64,000 bases of DNA. It comes from Candidatus Woesearchaeota archaeon (lineage in GTDB: Archaea > Nanobdellota > Nanobdellia > SCGC-AAA011-G17 > GW2011-AR17). The stretch lies in the NCBI GenBank assembly GCA_964411565.1, contig CAYPLB010000005.1:24536-88535 (forward strand). Direction: 5' to 3'. Within the stretch, counting starts at the first letter, position 1, and each line of letters opens with the position of its first letter. The notes under the pieces were generated by a model, which had not been told where the DNA came from, made no database searches, and was given only the letters and a program-made list of their open reading frames with translations. The translations under genes were made by a program, and so were the position numbers. Positions 9,840 through 19,704 of this stretch are shown one piece after another.

Positions 9840-9909
9840 TCAACTAAATTTATAACTTCTCACAAAATAAAAACTCTTTTAAAACCTCAAAAATCTCTTT
9901 TTAAACAAT

Positions 9910-11952
9910 ATGTGTGGAATAATTGGTATATTTGGAGAGAATTCAAAGATTGAAGTAGAAAAATCTCTAGAATTATTAAAAAATCGAGGAAGAGACAATC
10001 AAGAGATTTATGAAGGAGAAAATTTTACTTTAGGTCACACATTACATTCTGTTGTTGGTTTTACAAAACAACCAATTATTGGAAAAGGAATTTTAACTGC
10101 AAACTGTGAGATTTATAATTGGAAAGAACTTGGAAAAGGAGATAGTGATTCAAAAATTTTATTCAATTTATTAGAAAATAATGATATTGAAGAAGTACTA
10201 AAAAAATTAGATGGTGTTTTTGCTTTCGCATATTATAAAGATAATAAAATCTACTTAGCAAGAGATATAATTGGAATCAAACCTCTTTGGTATACTCACA
10301 CTGACACTTTTGCTTTCGCATCAGAAAAAAAAGTTTTAGAAAATTTAGGCTACTTAAACATTCAAGAATTAAACCCTAGAGAAATATTAATTTATGACAA
10401 AGAAAAAGATAAAATAACTATAAAGAAAAGAAACTTTTTCACAATAAAACCAGAGATTCAAGATTCTAAAGAAATTATTTTAGAGAATTTAGAAAAATAT
10501 TTTATTAATGCTATCAAAAAAAGAATTCCAAGCAAAAAATTTGGAGTTTTATTCTCTGGAGGAATTGACAGCACTTTATTATCTTATGTAATCAAAAATT
10601 TGGGCAATAATTTCACATGTTACCTTTCAGTTTTTGACCATCCAGATTTAAAAGAACCTGAAGATTTAACTTATGCTCAAGAGATTGCAAAGGAATTAAA
10701 CTTTAATTTAGAAATTGTAAAAATAAGATTAGATGAAGTAGAACCATTACTAAAAACTATAGTCCCTTTAATTGAAGATTCAAATGTTGTTAAAGTTGGA
10801 GTAGCATTAACCTTCTTTGCAGCTTGTAAAAAAGCTAAGGAAGATGGATGTAAAGTTATTTTCTCAGGTTTAGGTTCAGAAGAAATATTTGCAGGTTATG
10901 AACGACACAAAAATTCTAGAAATGCTAACGAGGAATGTCTCTCAGGTTTACTAAAAATGTATGAAAGAGACACTTACAGGGACGATGTAATTACAATGTT
11001 TAATGAATTAGAATTAAGACTACCTTTCTTAGACAAAAAATTAGTAAATTTTGCATTGAGAATTCCAGAGAAATACAAAATTAATGAAGAACAATCAAAA
11101 ATAATTTTAAGAGACTTAGCAATCAAATTAAAACTTCCAGATAAATTCTCACAAAGAAAGAAAAAAGCAGCACAATATGGTTCAAACTTCCACAAAGCTC
11201 TAAAAAAATTATCAAAGAAAGATAATCATAAACTAATCTCTTCATACTTAAAACAATTTTATCCTCAAAAGAACATGAAGTTAGCAGCTTTAGTTAGTTC
11301 TGGCAAAGATGGCATTTATGCAATGTACACAATGATGAAACAAAATTATGAAATATCTTGCATGCTTACAATAAAAAGTAAAAATTTAGACTCATACATG
11401 TACCATACTCCAGCAGTTGATATTGTAAAACTTCAATCAGAATCAATAGGAATACCTTTAATGATTCAAGAAACTGAAGGAAAAAAAGAAGAAGAGTTAG
11501 AGGATTTAAAAAAAATCCTAAAAGAAGCAAAAGAGAAATATCAAATTGAAGGAATTATCACAGGAGCTTTATTTTCAAATTACCAAAGAGAGAGAATAGA
11601 AAAAGTTGCAGACTCATTATCATTAAAAATATTTTCACCTTTATGGCATATGAACCAAGAAACTGAGGTAAGAGAAATCATAAATAAAGATTTCAAATTT
11701 ATTATAACAAAAGTTGCTGCTGATGGTTTAGATAAATCTTGGTTAAACAAAGTAATTACTGAGGAAGATTTAAAGAAATTAGTAAATCTAAATGAAAAAA
11801 TGGGATTTAATATCGCTGGTGAGGGAGGAGAATTTGAAACACTAATGATTGACGGTCCAATTTTCAATAAAAAAATTCAAATTGAAGATTTTGAAATAGA
11901 AGAAGATGGTATTGTTGGTACATTAAAAATAAAAAAAGCTAAATTAATCTAA
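9910..11952 (+). CDS. Fusion protein: an asparagine synthetase (AsnB)-like glutamine amidotransferase joined to a C-terminal diphthine-ammonia ligase (Dph6/MJ0570-like) domain
   Basis: N-terminal MCGIIG (Ntn class-II GATase nucleophile Cys2) and PP-loop SGGIDST. From about residue 458: MKLAALVSSGKDG...DSYMYHT...GEGGEFET, matching the conserved Dph6/DUF71 ATP-pyrophosphatase motifs. A single continuous 680-aa ORF. Confidence 0.75.
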   Translation: MCGIIGIFGENSKIEVEKSLELLKNRGRDNQEIYEGENFTLGHTLHSVVGFTKQPIIGKGILTANCEIYNWKELGKGDSDSKILFNLLENNDIEEVLKKLDGVFAFAYYKDNKIYLARDIIGIKPLWYTHTDTFAFASEKKVLENLGYLNIQELNPREILIYDKEKDKITIKKRNFFTIKPEIQDSKEIILENLEKYFINAIKKRIPSKKFGVLFSGGIDSTLLSYVIKNLGNNFTCYLSVFDHPDLKEPEDLTYAQEIAKELNFNLEIVKIRLDEVEPLLKTIVPLIEDSNVVKVGVALTFFAACKKAKEDGCKVIFSGLGSEEIFAGYERHKNSRNANEECLSGLLKMYERDTYRDDVITMFNELELRLPFLDKKLVNFALRIPEKYKINEEQSKIILRDLAIKLKLPDKFSQRKKKAAQYGSNFHKALKKLSKKDNHKLISSYLKQFYPQKNMKLAALVSSGKDGIYAMYTMMKQNYEISCMLTIKSKNLDSYMYHTPAVDIVKLQSESIGIPLMIQETEGKKEEELEDLKKILKEAKEKYQIEGIITGALFSNYQRERIEKVADSLSLKIFSPLWHMNQETEVREIINKDFKFIITKVAADGLDKSWLNKVITEEDLKKLVNLNEKMGFNIAGEGGEFETLMIDGPIFNKKIQIEDFEIEEDGIVGTLKIKKAKLI

Positions 11953-12628
11953 GTATCCCTTCTCCAAATTCTGTAGCAGCTTCTGGTCCACTTCCTGTGA
12001 TAATATTATCATCTACAGTAACTCTTTCTCCAGTGAACTGTGCACCATTGCTTACTAAATTACTTTCTTCACTTGGATATGCTGTAGCTTGTTTTCCATC
12101 TAACAAACCTGCATTAGCTAATATAGAAGGTGCAATACAAATAGCTCCAACTAATTTATTCTTAGAGTGTGCTTCATTAGCTAAACTCCATGCTTTTTCA
12201 TCATTGAAAAACATAGTAGCACCAGTTCCACCTACAAAAATTAAACCTTCATAATCATCAACATTAATTTCTGAATAATCTAAATTTACTGAGACTGCTG
12301 CACCTAACATTCCAGTAGCCATATCTGTATCTTTTGAAGCCACAACAACTTCTATTCCATTATTTTCTAGAACATCCATAGGTTCTAATAATTCCTCATC
12401 TCTAAATTGATCAGGAGCCACAATCATAACAACTTTCTTTCCCATTTCATTTACCTCAACATTTTCTTCAAGAACTTCATCTACTGTTTCTTCAACATTA
12501 TCTTCTGTATCTATAACTTCCTCAACATTAATATCTTCTTCTACTATATTATTATCTATTGTATCAATATCATTACTCGCACATGATGCTAATATTAGCA
12601 ATAGAGATATTATCACGATCTTTTTCAT
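11939..12628 (-). CDS. DJ-1/PfpI family protein with N-terminal lipoprotein signal and acidic linker
   Basis: Lipobox-like MKKIVIISLLLILASCASN, then a D/E-rich low-complexity stretch. The DJ-1/PfpI core follows (AICIAPS nucleophile elbow Cys, FVGGTGA). Confidence 0.7.
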   Translation of the reverse strand: MKKIVIISLLLILASCASNDIDTIDNNIVEEDINVEEVIDTEDNVEETVDEVLEENVEVNEMGKKVVMIVAPDQFRDEELLEPMDVLENNGIEVVVASKDTDMATGMLGAAVSVNLDYSEINVDDYEGLIFVGGTGATMFFNDEKAWSLANEAHSKNKLVGAICIAPSILANAGLLDGKQATAYPSEESNLVSNGAQFTGERVTVDDNIITGSGPEAATEFGEGILRLI

Positions 12629-12707
12629 ATTTCATTTTAATCTTCTTTAATATTTAAAACTTTTCAAAACCATAAACCTTATAAAGGATATATGAAACAA
12701 GATTCAT

Positions 12708-13001
12708 ATGTTATGCAAATCATACAATACATTTTTTCAGAACTTCGCAAATAGAACTAATTTGGAAATCATTTTTTTATTACAAAAGGGCCAAATGAAT
12801 GTATCTAGTATTGTTGAAAAAACTGGAATTGAACAAAGTGCTGTCTCACACAACTTAAAGAAACTAACAGAATGTAACATCTTAACTGTTGAACAAAAAG
12901 GTAGAGAAAGACTTTATTCATTAAATAAAGAGACTGTTCAACCATTATTAAAATTAGTCCAAAATCATGTTGAAAAAAATTGTAAAGGTTGTGAAAAATG
13001 A
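12708..13001 (+). CDS. ArsR/SmtB family winged-helix transcriptional regulator
   Basis: HTH region SSIVEKTGIEQSAVSHNLKKL; ATGA overlap with the downstream iscS. Confidence 0.6.
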   Translation: MLCKSYNTFFQNFANRTNLEIIFLLQKGQMNVSSIVEKTGIEQSAVSHNLKKLTECNILTVEQKGRERLYSLNKETVQPLLKLVQNHVEKNCKGCEK

Positions 13002-14185
13002 TTCCTAAAGATATTTACTTAGATAATGGAGCTTCAACTAAGGTTGATGAGAAAGTATTAGAAGAAATGCTTCCATATTTTTCAAAACATTATGGTAATG
13101 CATCTTCAGCTCATTCATTTGGTTACGAAGCTAATCAAGCTTTAGATAAAGCAAGAAAAGTTATTGCAAAATCAATCAATGCAGAATTTGAAGAAATAGT
13201 TTTTACTTCTGGTGGAACTGAATCAAACAATGCAATAATCAAAGGTATTGCTTTCGCAAACAAAGACAAAGGAAATCACATTATCACTTCAAAAGTTGAG
13301 CACAAATGCATTGTAAAGGCTTGTGAATGGTTAGAAACTCAAGGTTTTGAAATAACGTATTTAGATGTAGATGAAGAAGGTTTTGTGAATCCTGAGGAAT
13401 TAGAGAAAGCAATCACAGAAAAAACTATATTATTTTCAGTAATTCATGCAAACAATGAGATTGGTACAATTCAAGACTTAGAAGCTTTAGGTAAAGTTTG
13501 TAAAAAACACAATGTATACTTTCACACCGATGCTTGTCAAAGTTATACAAAAGTTGACATTCATGTAAAGAAACAAAACTTAGATCTTTTAACAATAAAT
13601 TCTCACAAAATTAATGGACCAAAAGGTGTTGGTGTAATGTATGTTAAACAAGGAACAAAAATAACTCCTCTTTTACATGGTGGTGAACATGAATTCAAAA
13701 AAAGAGCTGGCACAGAAAACATTCCAGGTATTATTGGCTTTGCTTCTGCTGTAAAACATGCTCCAACAAAAAAAGAAATTGAAAAAATGTCAGAATTAAG
13801 AGACAAATTAATTGATGGAATTCTAAAAATTGAAGCAACAAAGTTAAATGGTTCAAAAGGAGAAAATAGATTATGTAATAACATTAATGTTTCATTTGCT
13901 GGTATCGAAGGTGAAGCAATTGGTGGATATTTAGATCAAAAATTTATTTGTTCATCTACAGGCTCTGCATGTTCAGAAGCATTATTAGAACCTAGTCATG
14001 TTTTAATGGCTATAGGCCTATCACATGAAGCTGCAAATGGAAGTTTAAGATTAACATTAAGTAAATATTCTACAGAAGAAGACATAAACAAAACTTTAGA
14101 AGTTATTCCTAAAGTTGTAAAAAAGCTAAGGAAAATATCTCCTTTTGGGAAGGTAGTAGACTATGTATTCGGAAAAAACAATTAA
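12998..14185 (+). CDS. iscS: Cysteine desulfurase IscS/NifS
   Basis: SGGTESNN, the PLP-lysine context SHKINGPKGVG, and a C-terminal catalytic Cys loop (SSTGSACS). Confidence 0.85.
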   Translation: MIPKDIYLDNGASTKVDEKVLEEMLPYFSKHYGNASSAHSFGYEANQALDKARKVIAKSINAEFEEIVFTSGGTESNNAIIKGIAFANKDKGNHIITSKVEHKCIVKACEWLETQGFEITYLDVDEEGFVNPEELEKAITEKTILFSVIHANNEIGTIQDLEALGKVCKKHNVYFHTDACQSYTKVDIHVKKQNLDLLTINSHKINGPKGVGVMYVKQGTKITPLLHGGEHEFKKRAGTENIPGIIGFASAVKHAPTKKEIEKMSELRDKLIDGILKIEATKLNGSKGENRLCNNINVSFAGIEGEAIGGYLDQKFICSSTGSACSEALLEPSHVLMAIGLSHEAANGSLRLTLSKYSTEEDINKTLEVIPKVVKKLRKISPFGKVVDYVFGKNN

Positions 14186-14534
14186 ACATTTTAAAGAACC
14201 AAAAAATGCAGGAGAAATGCAAAATCCTGATGGTGTTGGTGAAGAAGGAGGTTTCAAGTGTGGTGATGCGATGAAGATTTTCATTAAAGTAAAGGATAAT
14301 ATAATCACAGAAATTAAATTCTTAACATATGGATGTATTGCAGCAATAGCTTCAACAGACATACTTTGTGAAATGGCAAAAGATAAAACATTAGAAGAAG
14401 CAGAAAATATTTCAGCTAAAGAGATTGCAGAAGAATTAGGAAAACTTCCAGATATAAAATTCCATTGTTCAATTATGGGACAAAAAGCATTAAAAAGAGC
14501 TATAGAAGATTACAAAAATAAAAATGATAACTAA
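14163..14534 (+). CDS. iscU: Fe-S cluster scaffold IscU/NifU
   Basis: MYSEKTIKHFKEPKNAG...GCGDAMK, LTYGC and HCS motifs with three conserved Cys. Confidence 0.85.
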   Translation: MYSEKTIKHFKEPKNAGEMQNPDGVGEEGGFKCGDAMKIFIKVKDNIITEIKFLTYGCIAAIASTDILCEMAKDKTLEEAENISAKEIAEELGKLPDIKFHCSIMGQKALKRAIEDYKNKNDN

Positions 14535-15606
14535 AGAAGTAAAAGAATTAATGGAAAAACAGCAATACAGAATTGTTGGCTCACATAGTGCTGTAAAAGT
14601 TTGTGGCTGGGCTAAAAAAATGATTCGTGGTGAAGGAGGCTGTTATAAATTAAAGTTCTATGGTATTCGAAGCAACCAATGTTTACAAATGTCTACTAGT
14701 TTAAGTTGTGCAAACAGGTGTATTTTTTGTTGGAGAGATTACAAAGCTCCTGTATCAAAAGAATGGATTGGAGAAATTAATGATCCTCAAGAAATTATCG
14801 ATGGTGCAAAAGAAGCACAAAAAGAATTACTTTCAGGATTTGGCGGACATCCAAGTACAATTAAAGAATTAAAAGATGAATCAAAAACAGTAAAACATGT
14901 AGCTCTTTCATTAACTGGAGAAGCAATTAATTATCCCAAAATAAATGAGATCATAGAATTATTCCACAAAGAAAAAATTTCAACTTTCTTAGTTACTAAT
15001 GGTCAATATCCAGAAGAAATAAAAAATTTGCCAAGAATAACTCAATTATATATCAGCTTAGATGCACCAAACAAAGAAATTTTAAAAAAAGTTAGTCAAC
15101 CTTTATTTACAGATCATTGGGAGAGATTAAACAAAAGTTTAGAATATCTTTCACAGAAAAAAGAAAGAACTTGTTTAAGATTTACTTTAATGCGAGAGAT
15201 CAATATGTGTGACTTAGAAGGTTACTCTAAATTAATCAAAAAAGGAGATCCAGACTTCTTAGAAATAAAATCATACATGTTTGTAGGATCCTCTCGTCAA
15301 AGATTAGATTTAAAAAATATGCCTTTCCACGAGGACATGGTAAATTTTTCAAAAGCTTTAGTAAAATACCTTCCAGATTATGAAATTGTAGCAGAACATA
15401 TTCCTTCAAGAATTGTTTTACTTGCTAAAAAGAAATACAAACAAGATGGAAAATGGCATACATGGATTGATTTTGATAAATTTTTCAACAAAGAAGAAGA
15501 TTATTCTAGAGAAACACCTGACACAGGTATTAGTGGCAAAGGAACAAAAGATAGAATGAAAGTTGATGAAAAGACTGATGAGCTTGAATTCTGGCAAGAA
15601 GATTAA
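14524..15606 (+). CDS. taw1: Radical SAM tRNA 4-demethylwyosine synthase (TYW1/Taw1)
   Basis: Radical-SAM CANRCIFCW motif, with an upstream Cys cluster and a VKVCGWAKK region typical of the TYW1 family. Confidence 0.7.
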   Translation: MITKEVKELMEKQQYRIVGSHSAVKVCGWAKKMIRGEGGCYKLKFYGIRSNQCLQMSTSLSCANRCIFCWRDYKAPVSKEWIGEINDPQEIIDGAKEAQKELLSGFGGHPSTIKELKDESKTVKHVALSLTGEAINYPKINEIIELFHKEKISTFLVTNGQYPEEIKNLPRITQLYISLDAPNKEILKKVSQPLFTDHWERLNKSLEYLSQKKERTCLRFTLMREINMCDLEGYSKLIKKGDPDFLEIKSYMFVGSSRQRLDLKNMPFHEDMVNFSKALVKYLPDYEIVAEHIPSRIVLLAKKKYKQDGKWHTWIDFDKFFNKEEDYSRETPDTGISGKGTKDRMKVDEKTDELEFWQED

Positions 15607-15974
15607 GGAAAATCAATTGGAAATTTTTTTGTTTTATATACAGCAGGTAACACAACAAAGTGATGAAATAAATCTGATAATGCTATAGCAAATCCTATTT
15701 CAAATAAACTTACTGTTAAAGGAAAAATAAAAATAGAACTTTCAAGAGCAACAACTGGAGTAACATAAAATAAACCTACAATAGCTATCAAGATTCCAAA
15801 ATACATATGATGGATTCTAATTGGCAAATGTAATTTATGCTGAACTCTCTTACTATGTATTCCTGTACTAAACCTAAGAAATGCTGTAATAAATTCAATC
15901 AAAATTGCTAAACCAATTATAAAAGACCAATCCATAATTATATATAGTAAAAATAACTTTATATATTTTACCAA
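15603..15974 (-). CDS. Small integral membrane protein, hypothetical
   Basis: Three or four hydrophobic helices. Confidence 0.4.
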   Translation of the reverse strand: MVKYIKLFLLYIIMDWSFIIGLAILIEFITAFLRFSTGIHSKRVQHKLHLPIRIHHMYFGILIAIVGLFYVTPVVALESSIFIFPLTVSLFEIGFAIALSDLFHHFVVLPAVYKTKKFPIDFP

Positions 15975-15975
15975 A

Positions 15976-16476
15976 ATGATAAAATATTGCCCTGATTATA
16001 TATTCAATTCAGTAAAGGATATCGATGAAAAAATATTAGAAAATAAAAAATTAATAATTTTTGATATAGATAACACCTTATTTTATCCAGAAACTACAAA
16101 TATTGATAAATCTATTATAAATTGGTATAAAAAATTCTCAAAAAAACACAAATCTATTTGTATTTCAAACTCAAAAACAATAAAACAAAGAGAAGCTGCA
16201 ATAAAAAAAGCAATTAATTGTGAACTTTTCATTACTGGATTAAGAAAACCTTCTAAAGAATTATTCAATAAAGTTACAAAAAATTACAAAGTTGAATCAA
16301 AAGATATTGTGACTATAGGGGATTTTTACTTTACAGATGTATTATTTGCAAAAAAAAATAATGCCACAGGAATATTAGTTAGACCTTTTGCTCCAAATGA
16401 AAATTTTTGGGTAAGCATAGGTAGACTTATAGACAATACAATAATAAACTTTTTAACTATATTCATGAAAAGATAA
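15976..16476 (+). CDS. HAD-superfamily phosphatase (YqeG-like)
   Basis: HAD motif I LIIFDIDNTLF; small size. Confidence 0.5.
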   Translation: MIKYCPDYIFNSVKDIDEKILENKKLIIFDIDNTLFYPETTNIDKSIINWYKKFSKKHKSICISNSKTIKQREAAIKKAINCELFITGLRKPSKELFNKVTKNYKVESKDIVTIGDFYFTDVLFAKKNNATGILVRPFAPNENFWVSIGRLIDNTIINFLTIFMKR

Positions 16477-16480
16477 GACT

Positions 16481-17164
16481 ATGAAAAACTTTGAATCAGA
16501 AATATTGGAAAAAATAGAATACACAGAAGATGTAATTTTACTTAAATTATCAACTCCAGAAGACTTTACTTTTGAAGCTGGACAATATATTAGCATAGAG
16601 ATAGAAAAAGACAATAAAAAAGAGTTGAAATGTTATTCATTATTGAATCCACCTTCAGAAAAAGGAATAACTCTTTGTATTAGATTAATTCCTGGTGGTT
16701 TTGCATCAGAATTCTTTAAAGAGGTAAAATCAGGAGATAAACTTTACGTTAAAGGTCCCTTAGGTTTCTTCAAATTCCAGGATAAAGAAGATATTGATGA
16801 ATTTTGTTTCTTAGCTGTTGGTACTGGTGTTGTTCCAATGATTTCAATGATAAAAGAGAATATTACTGAATATCCAAATAAAAAATTCACATTAATTGTT
16901 TCATATAAACTAAGAAAAAACATGTTAAATCATGAAGAATTATTAGAATTAGAGAAAAATAATAAAAACTTTGAATATCATCCTACTATTACTAGAGAAG
17001 AATGGGATGGTAAAAAAGGTAGAGTAACTTTACATTTACCTGAAGTAATAAAGAAAAAAGTGTTTTATATTTGTGGTCTAAAAGAAATGGTTATTGATAC
17101 AAGAAAGACTCTTATTGAGAGAGGTGTTGACCCAAAAGATATTAAACAAGAAAGGTTTTCATAA
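16481..17164 (+). CDS. FAD/NAD(P)-binding oxidoreductase (ferredoxin-NADP reductase-like fold)
   Basis: FAD-binding GQYISIEI, NAD-binding FLAVGTGVVPM, and a C-terminal YICGLKEM. Confidence 0.55.
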   Translation: MKNFESEILEKIEYTEDVILLKLSTPEDFTFEAGQYISIEIEKDNKKELKCYSLLNPPSEKGITLCIRLIPGGFASEFFKEVKSGDKLYVKGPLGFFKFQDKEDIDEFCFLAVGTGVVPMISMIKENITEYPNKKFTLIVSYKLRKNMLNHEELLELEKNNKNFEYHPTITREEWDGKKGRVTLHLPEVIKKKVFYICGLKEMVIDTRKTLIERGVDPKDIKQERFS

Positions 17165-17182
17165 TACTAGGAGAGGGATAAA

Positions 17183-18649
17183 ATGAAACTAAACGTAGAA
17201 TCTAAATTAAAAGAGGCAGATTTAACTGTTCTTGGTCTTTTTGAAGAAGACAAACATAATTACAAAGACTTTAACAAAAAATTATCTGAGGAGATTTCAG
17301 ATGCAATTTCAAAGAAAATGTTTACAAAGAAATTTGGTCAAGCATATACAAGTAATATAAACAATTCTACAAAAAGAGTTCTAATATTAGGTTTAGGTAA
17401 GAAAAAAGAATTCACTTTAGAAAAATTTAGAAAATCTTTAAACAAATCCTTAAAATATGCAAGATCAAGAAAATCTAAATCTCTTTCAACAAATCTATTA
17501 AAAATTTCAAATTTCAACACTAATTTATTAGGTAGGGCTACAGCTGAAGCTTTTCTATTATCTGAATATCTTTTTGATAAATACATAACTCCAGATAAAG
17601 ATAATCCTAAAGTTAACTTAAAAGATATATATTTAGAATATTCAAACAGTAAGGATTTACTAAAGGGATTGAAAGAAGGTGAGATCATTGCTAATGCAAC
17701 AAACTTCGCAAGAGACTTAGTAAATGAACCTGCAATTGAAGTAACTCCTTCATACTTTGAAAAACTTGCAAAAAATATTTCCAAGAAAAACAAATTATCT
17801 TTAACTGTTCTTAACAAAAAAGATATGATTAAATTAGGGATGGGTGGACTTTTAGGTGTAACAGCTGGTTCAGACCAAGAACCTAAATTATTAATTTTAG
17901 AATATAAAGGCTCAAATGATAAACCTATTGCTTTAGTAGGTAAAGGTGTAACTTTCGACGCTGGTGGATATAATTTAAAACCTTCTGGTTACATGGAAAC
18001 AATGAAATGTGATATGGGTGGAGCTGCAGCTGTTTTTGGTGCTATAAAAGCTGCTTCAGAATTAAAAGTAAAAAAACATATTATTGCTTTAATGCCACTA
18101 TGTGAAAACTTAGTTAATGGTTCAGCTTACAAACCTGGTGACATTTTAACTGCTTACAATAAAAAAACAATTGAGATTGGCAACACAGATGCAGAGGGTA
18201 GATTAATTCTTGCAGATGCAATTAGTTATGCTGAAGAAAAATATAAACCTAAAATACTAATTGATTTAGCAACTTTAACTGGTGCATGTGTTGTAGCTTT
18301 AGGTGAACAAATCTCAGGTTTAATGTCTAAAGATGATAATTTATCTAAAGAACTTGAGGATGCAGGTTTAACAAGTCATGACAGAGTTTGGAGACTTCCT
18401 ATGTTAGAAGAATATCAAGATGCAATGAAAGGTTCAATTTCTGACATAAAAAATATTGCTCCAAGATCTCATGGTGCTGGTGCAATCACAGCTGCTGTTT
18501 TCTTAAGTCATTTTGTAGATACTGAGAAAACTCAATGGGCTCACATTGACATTGCAGGTCCTGCTTTCATAAGTGAAGATAGAGATTATTTAACAAAAGG
18601 TGGAACTGGTGCTGGAGTTAGGTTATTATCTTATTTTTTAAGTAAATAA
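17183..18649 (+). CDS. pepA: Leucyl aminopeptidase, M17 family
   Basis: M17 signature NTDAEGRLILADA, plus VGKGVTFDAGGYNLKP. Confidence 0.8.
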   Translation: MKLNVESKLKEADLTVLGLFEEDKHNYKDFNKKLSEEISDAISKKMFTKKFGQAYTSNINNSTKRVLILGLGKKKEFTLEKFRKSLNKSLKYARSRKSKSLSTNLLKISNFNTNLLGRATAEAFLLSEYLFDKYITPDKDNPKVNLKDIYLEYSNSKDLLKGLKEGEIIANATNFARDLVNEPAIEVTPSYFEKLAKNISKKNKLSLTVLNKKDMIKLGMGGLLGVTAGSDQEPKLLILEYKGSNDKPIALVGKGVTFDAGGYNLKPSGYMETMKCDMGGAAAVFGAIKAASELKVKKHIIALMPLCENLVNGSAYKPGDILTAYNKKTIEIGNTDAEGRLILADAISYAEEKYKPKILIDLATLTGACVVALGEQISGLMSKDDNLSKELEDAGLTSHDRVWRLPMLEEYQDAMKGSISDIKNIAPRSHGAGAITAAVFLSHFVDTEKTQWAHIDIAGPAFISEDRDYLTKGGTGAGVRLLSYFLSK

Positions 18650-18659
18650 AATAAAAAAA

Positions 18660-19103
18660 TTATTTCTTTTTCTTCTTCTTTGTTTTACTCTGAAAGTATG
18701 CTTTTCCTTCTTCATTAAATCCTAAATAGTAGACTATTCCACCATTAATTAATAACTTTATTGGCGAAAATATAAAATCTCCACTCGCAATCCCAGTTAA
18801 ACTACTTAGTAAACCTACTGATGAAAATACTAAAGCAACTATCCATGCCCAATATTTACCTTGTCTCAAAGCTTTTGCAACAACAAAGTACAATATTGAA
18901 AATACAGCAATAATAAGACCTAAAACAATTAATCCTGCAGTTCCAAGAATACTCATCCAAGCTTGTTCGAGTTCAATAATATTGACCACAATACTACCAC
19001 CAACAGCAAATGCTAAAGCCATTAACATTAAAACTGCTGCAATAATAAAGTAATACAAAGAAACTATTTTTACTCCTTTCGGAATAAGTTTTTTCTTTAC
19101 CAT
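18660..19103 (-). CDS. Membrane protein, hypothetical
   Basis: Four predicted TM helices and a poly-K C-terminus. Confidence 0.45.
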   Translation of the reverse strand: MVKKKLIPKGVKIVSLYYFIIAAVLMLMALAFAVGGSIVVNIIELEQAWMSILGTAGLIVLGLIIAVFSILYFVVAKALRQGKYWAWIVALVFSSVGLLSSLTGIASGDFIFSPIKLLINGGIVYYLGFNEEGKAYFQSKTKKKKKK

Positions 19104-19124
19104 TTAATAAAAAAAGTAAAAAAA

Positions 19125-19691
19125 CTATTTAAGTCTTTTCTCTATTTCTTCCCAATTAACATTTTTTAGAAAACTATCAAGATATGCTCTTTTTCCTAAA
19201 CCATAATCCTTAATGAAAGCATGTTCAAAAACATCCATAACTAACAAAGGAATTGCTCCAGCTAGATGTCCACCATCATGTTCATTTATCCAAGTATTAA
19301 ACAATTTTCCATTTACAGGATCATAAGCTAAAATTACCCATCCTATTCCTCTCATACTTGCACCAGCTCTAAAATCACATTCCCATTCACCAAAATTTCC
19401 AAAACTTTCAATAATTTTCTTTCCTATTTTTGAATCTTCATTTAATTTCTTTCCACCATTTACTAAATTACCAAAATATAACTCATGTAATCTCATTCCA
19501 TTAAATTCCCATCCAAATCTCCTTCTCAACTCCGAAAATTCTATACAATTATTAGTCATTACTTTCAAAGTTTTGATTAGTTCATTTGTATTTTTCACAT
19601 ATCCACTATACAACTTAAAGTGGTCTTTCAACATTTCATCTGAAAAACCTTCCATTCCCAATAAATGAGAAAAATCTTTTTCTTCATACAT
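19125..19691 (-). CDS. Fe/Mn superoxide dismutase-like protein (divergent N-terminal metal site)
   Basis: C-terminal DVFEHAFIKDYG corresponds to SOD DVWEHAYY; the N-terminal HH-x-KHH is degenerate (HFKLYSGYV). Confidence 0.6.
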   Translation of the reverse strand: MYEEKDFSHLLGMEGFSDEMLKDHFKLYSGYVKNTNELIKTLKVMTNNCIEFSELRRRFGWEFNGMRLHELYFGNLVNGGKKLNEDSKIGKKIIESFGNFGEWECDFRAGASMRGIGWVILAYDPVNGKLFNTWINEHDGGHLAGAIPLLVMDVFEHAFIKDYGLGKRAYLDSFLKNVNWEEIEKRLK

Positions 19692-19704
19692 TTTTTCTTC
19701 CTCC

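Noticed and set aside
11997-12254. 85-aa ORF antisense to the DJ-1/PfpI gene
   Set aside because: Nested antisense ORF; the DJ-1/PfpI frame has clear family motifs.
17338-17817. 159-aa antisense ORF within pepA
   Set aside because: Nested in the M17 aminopeptidase gene, which has an unambiguous signature.
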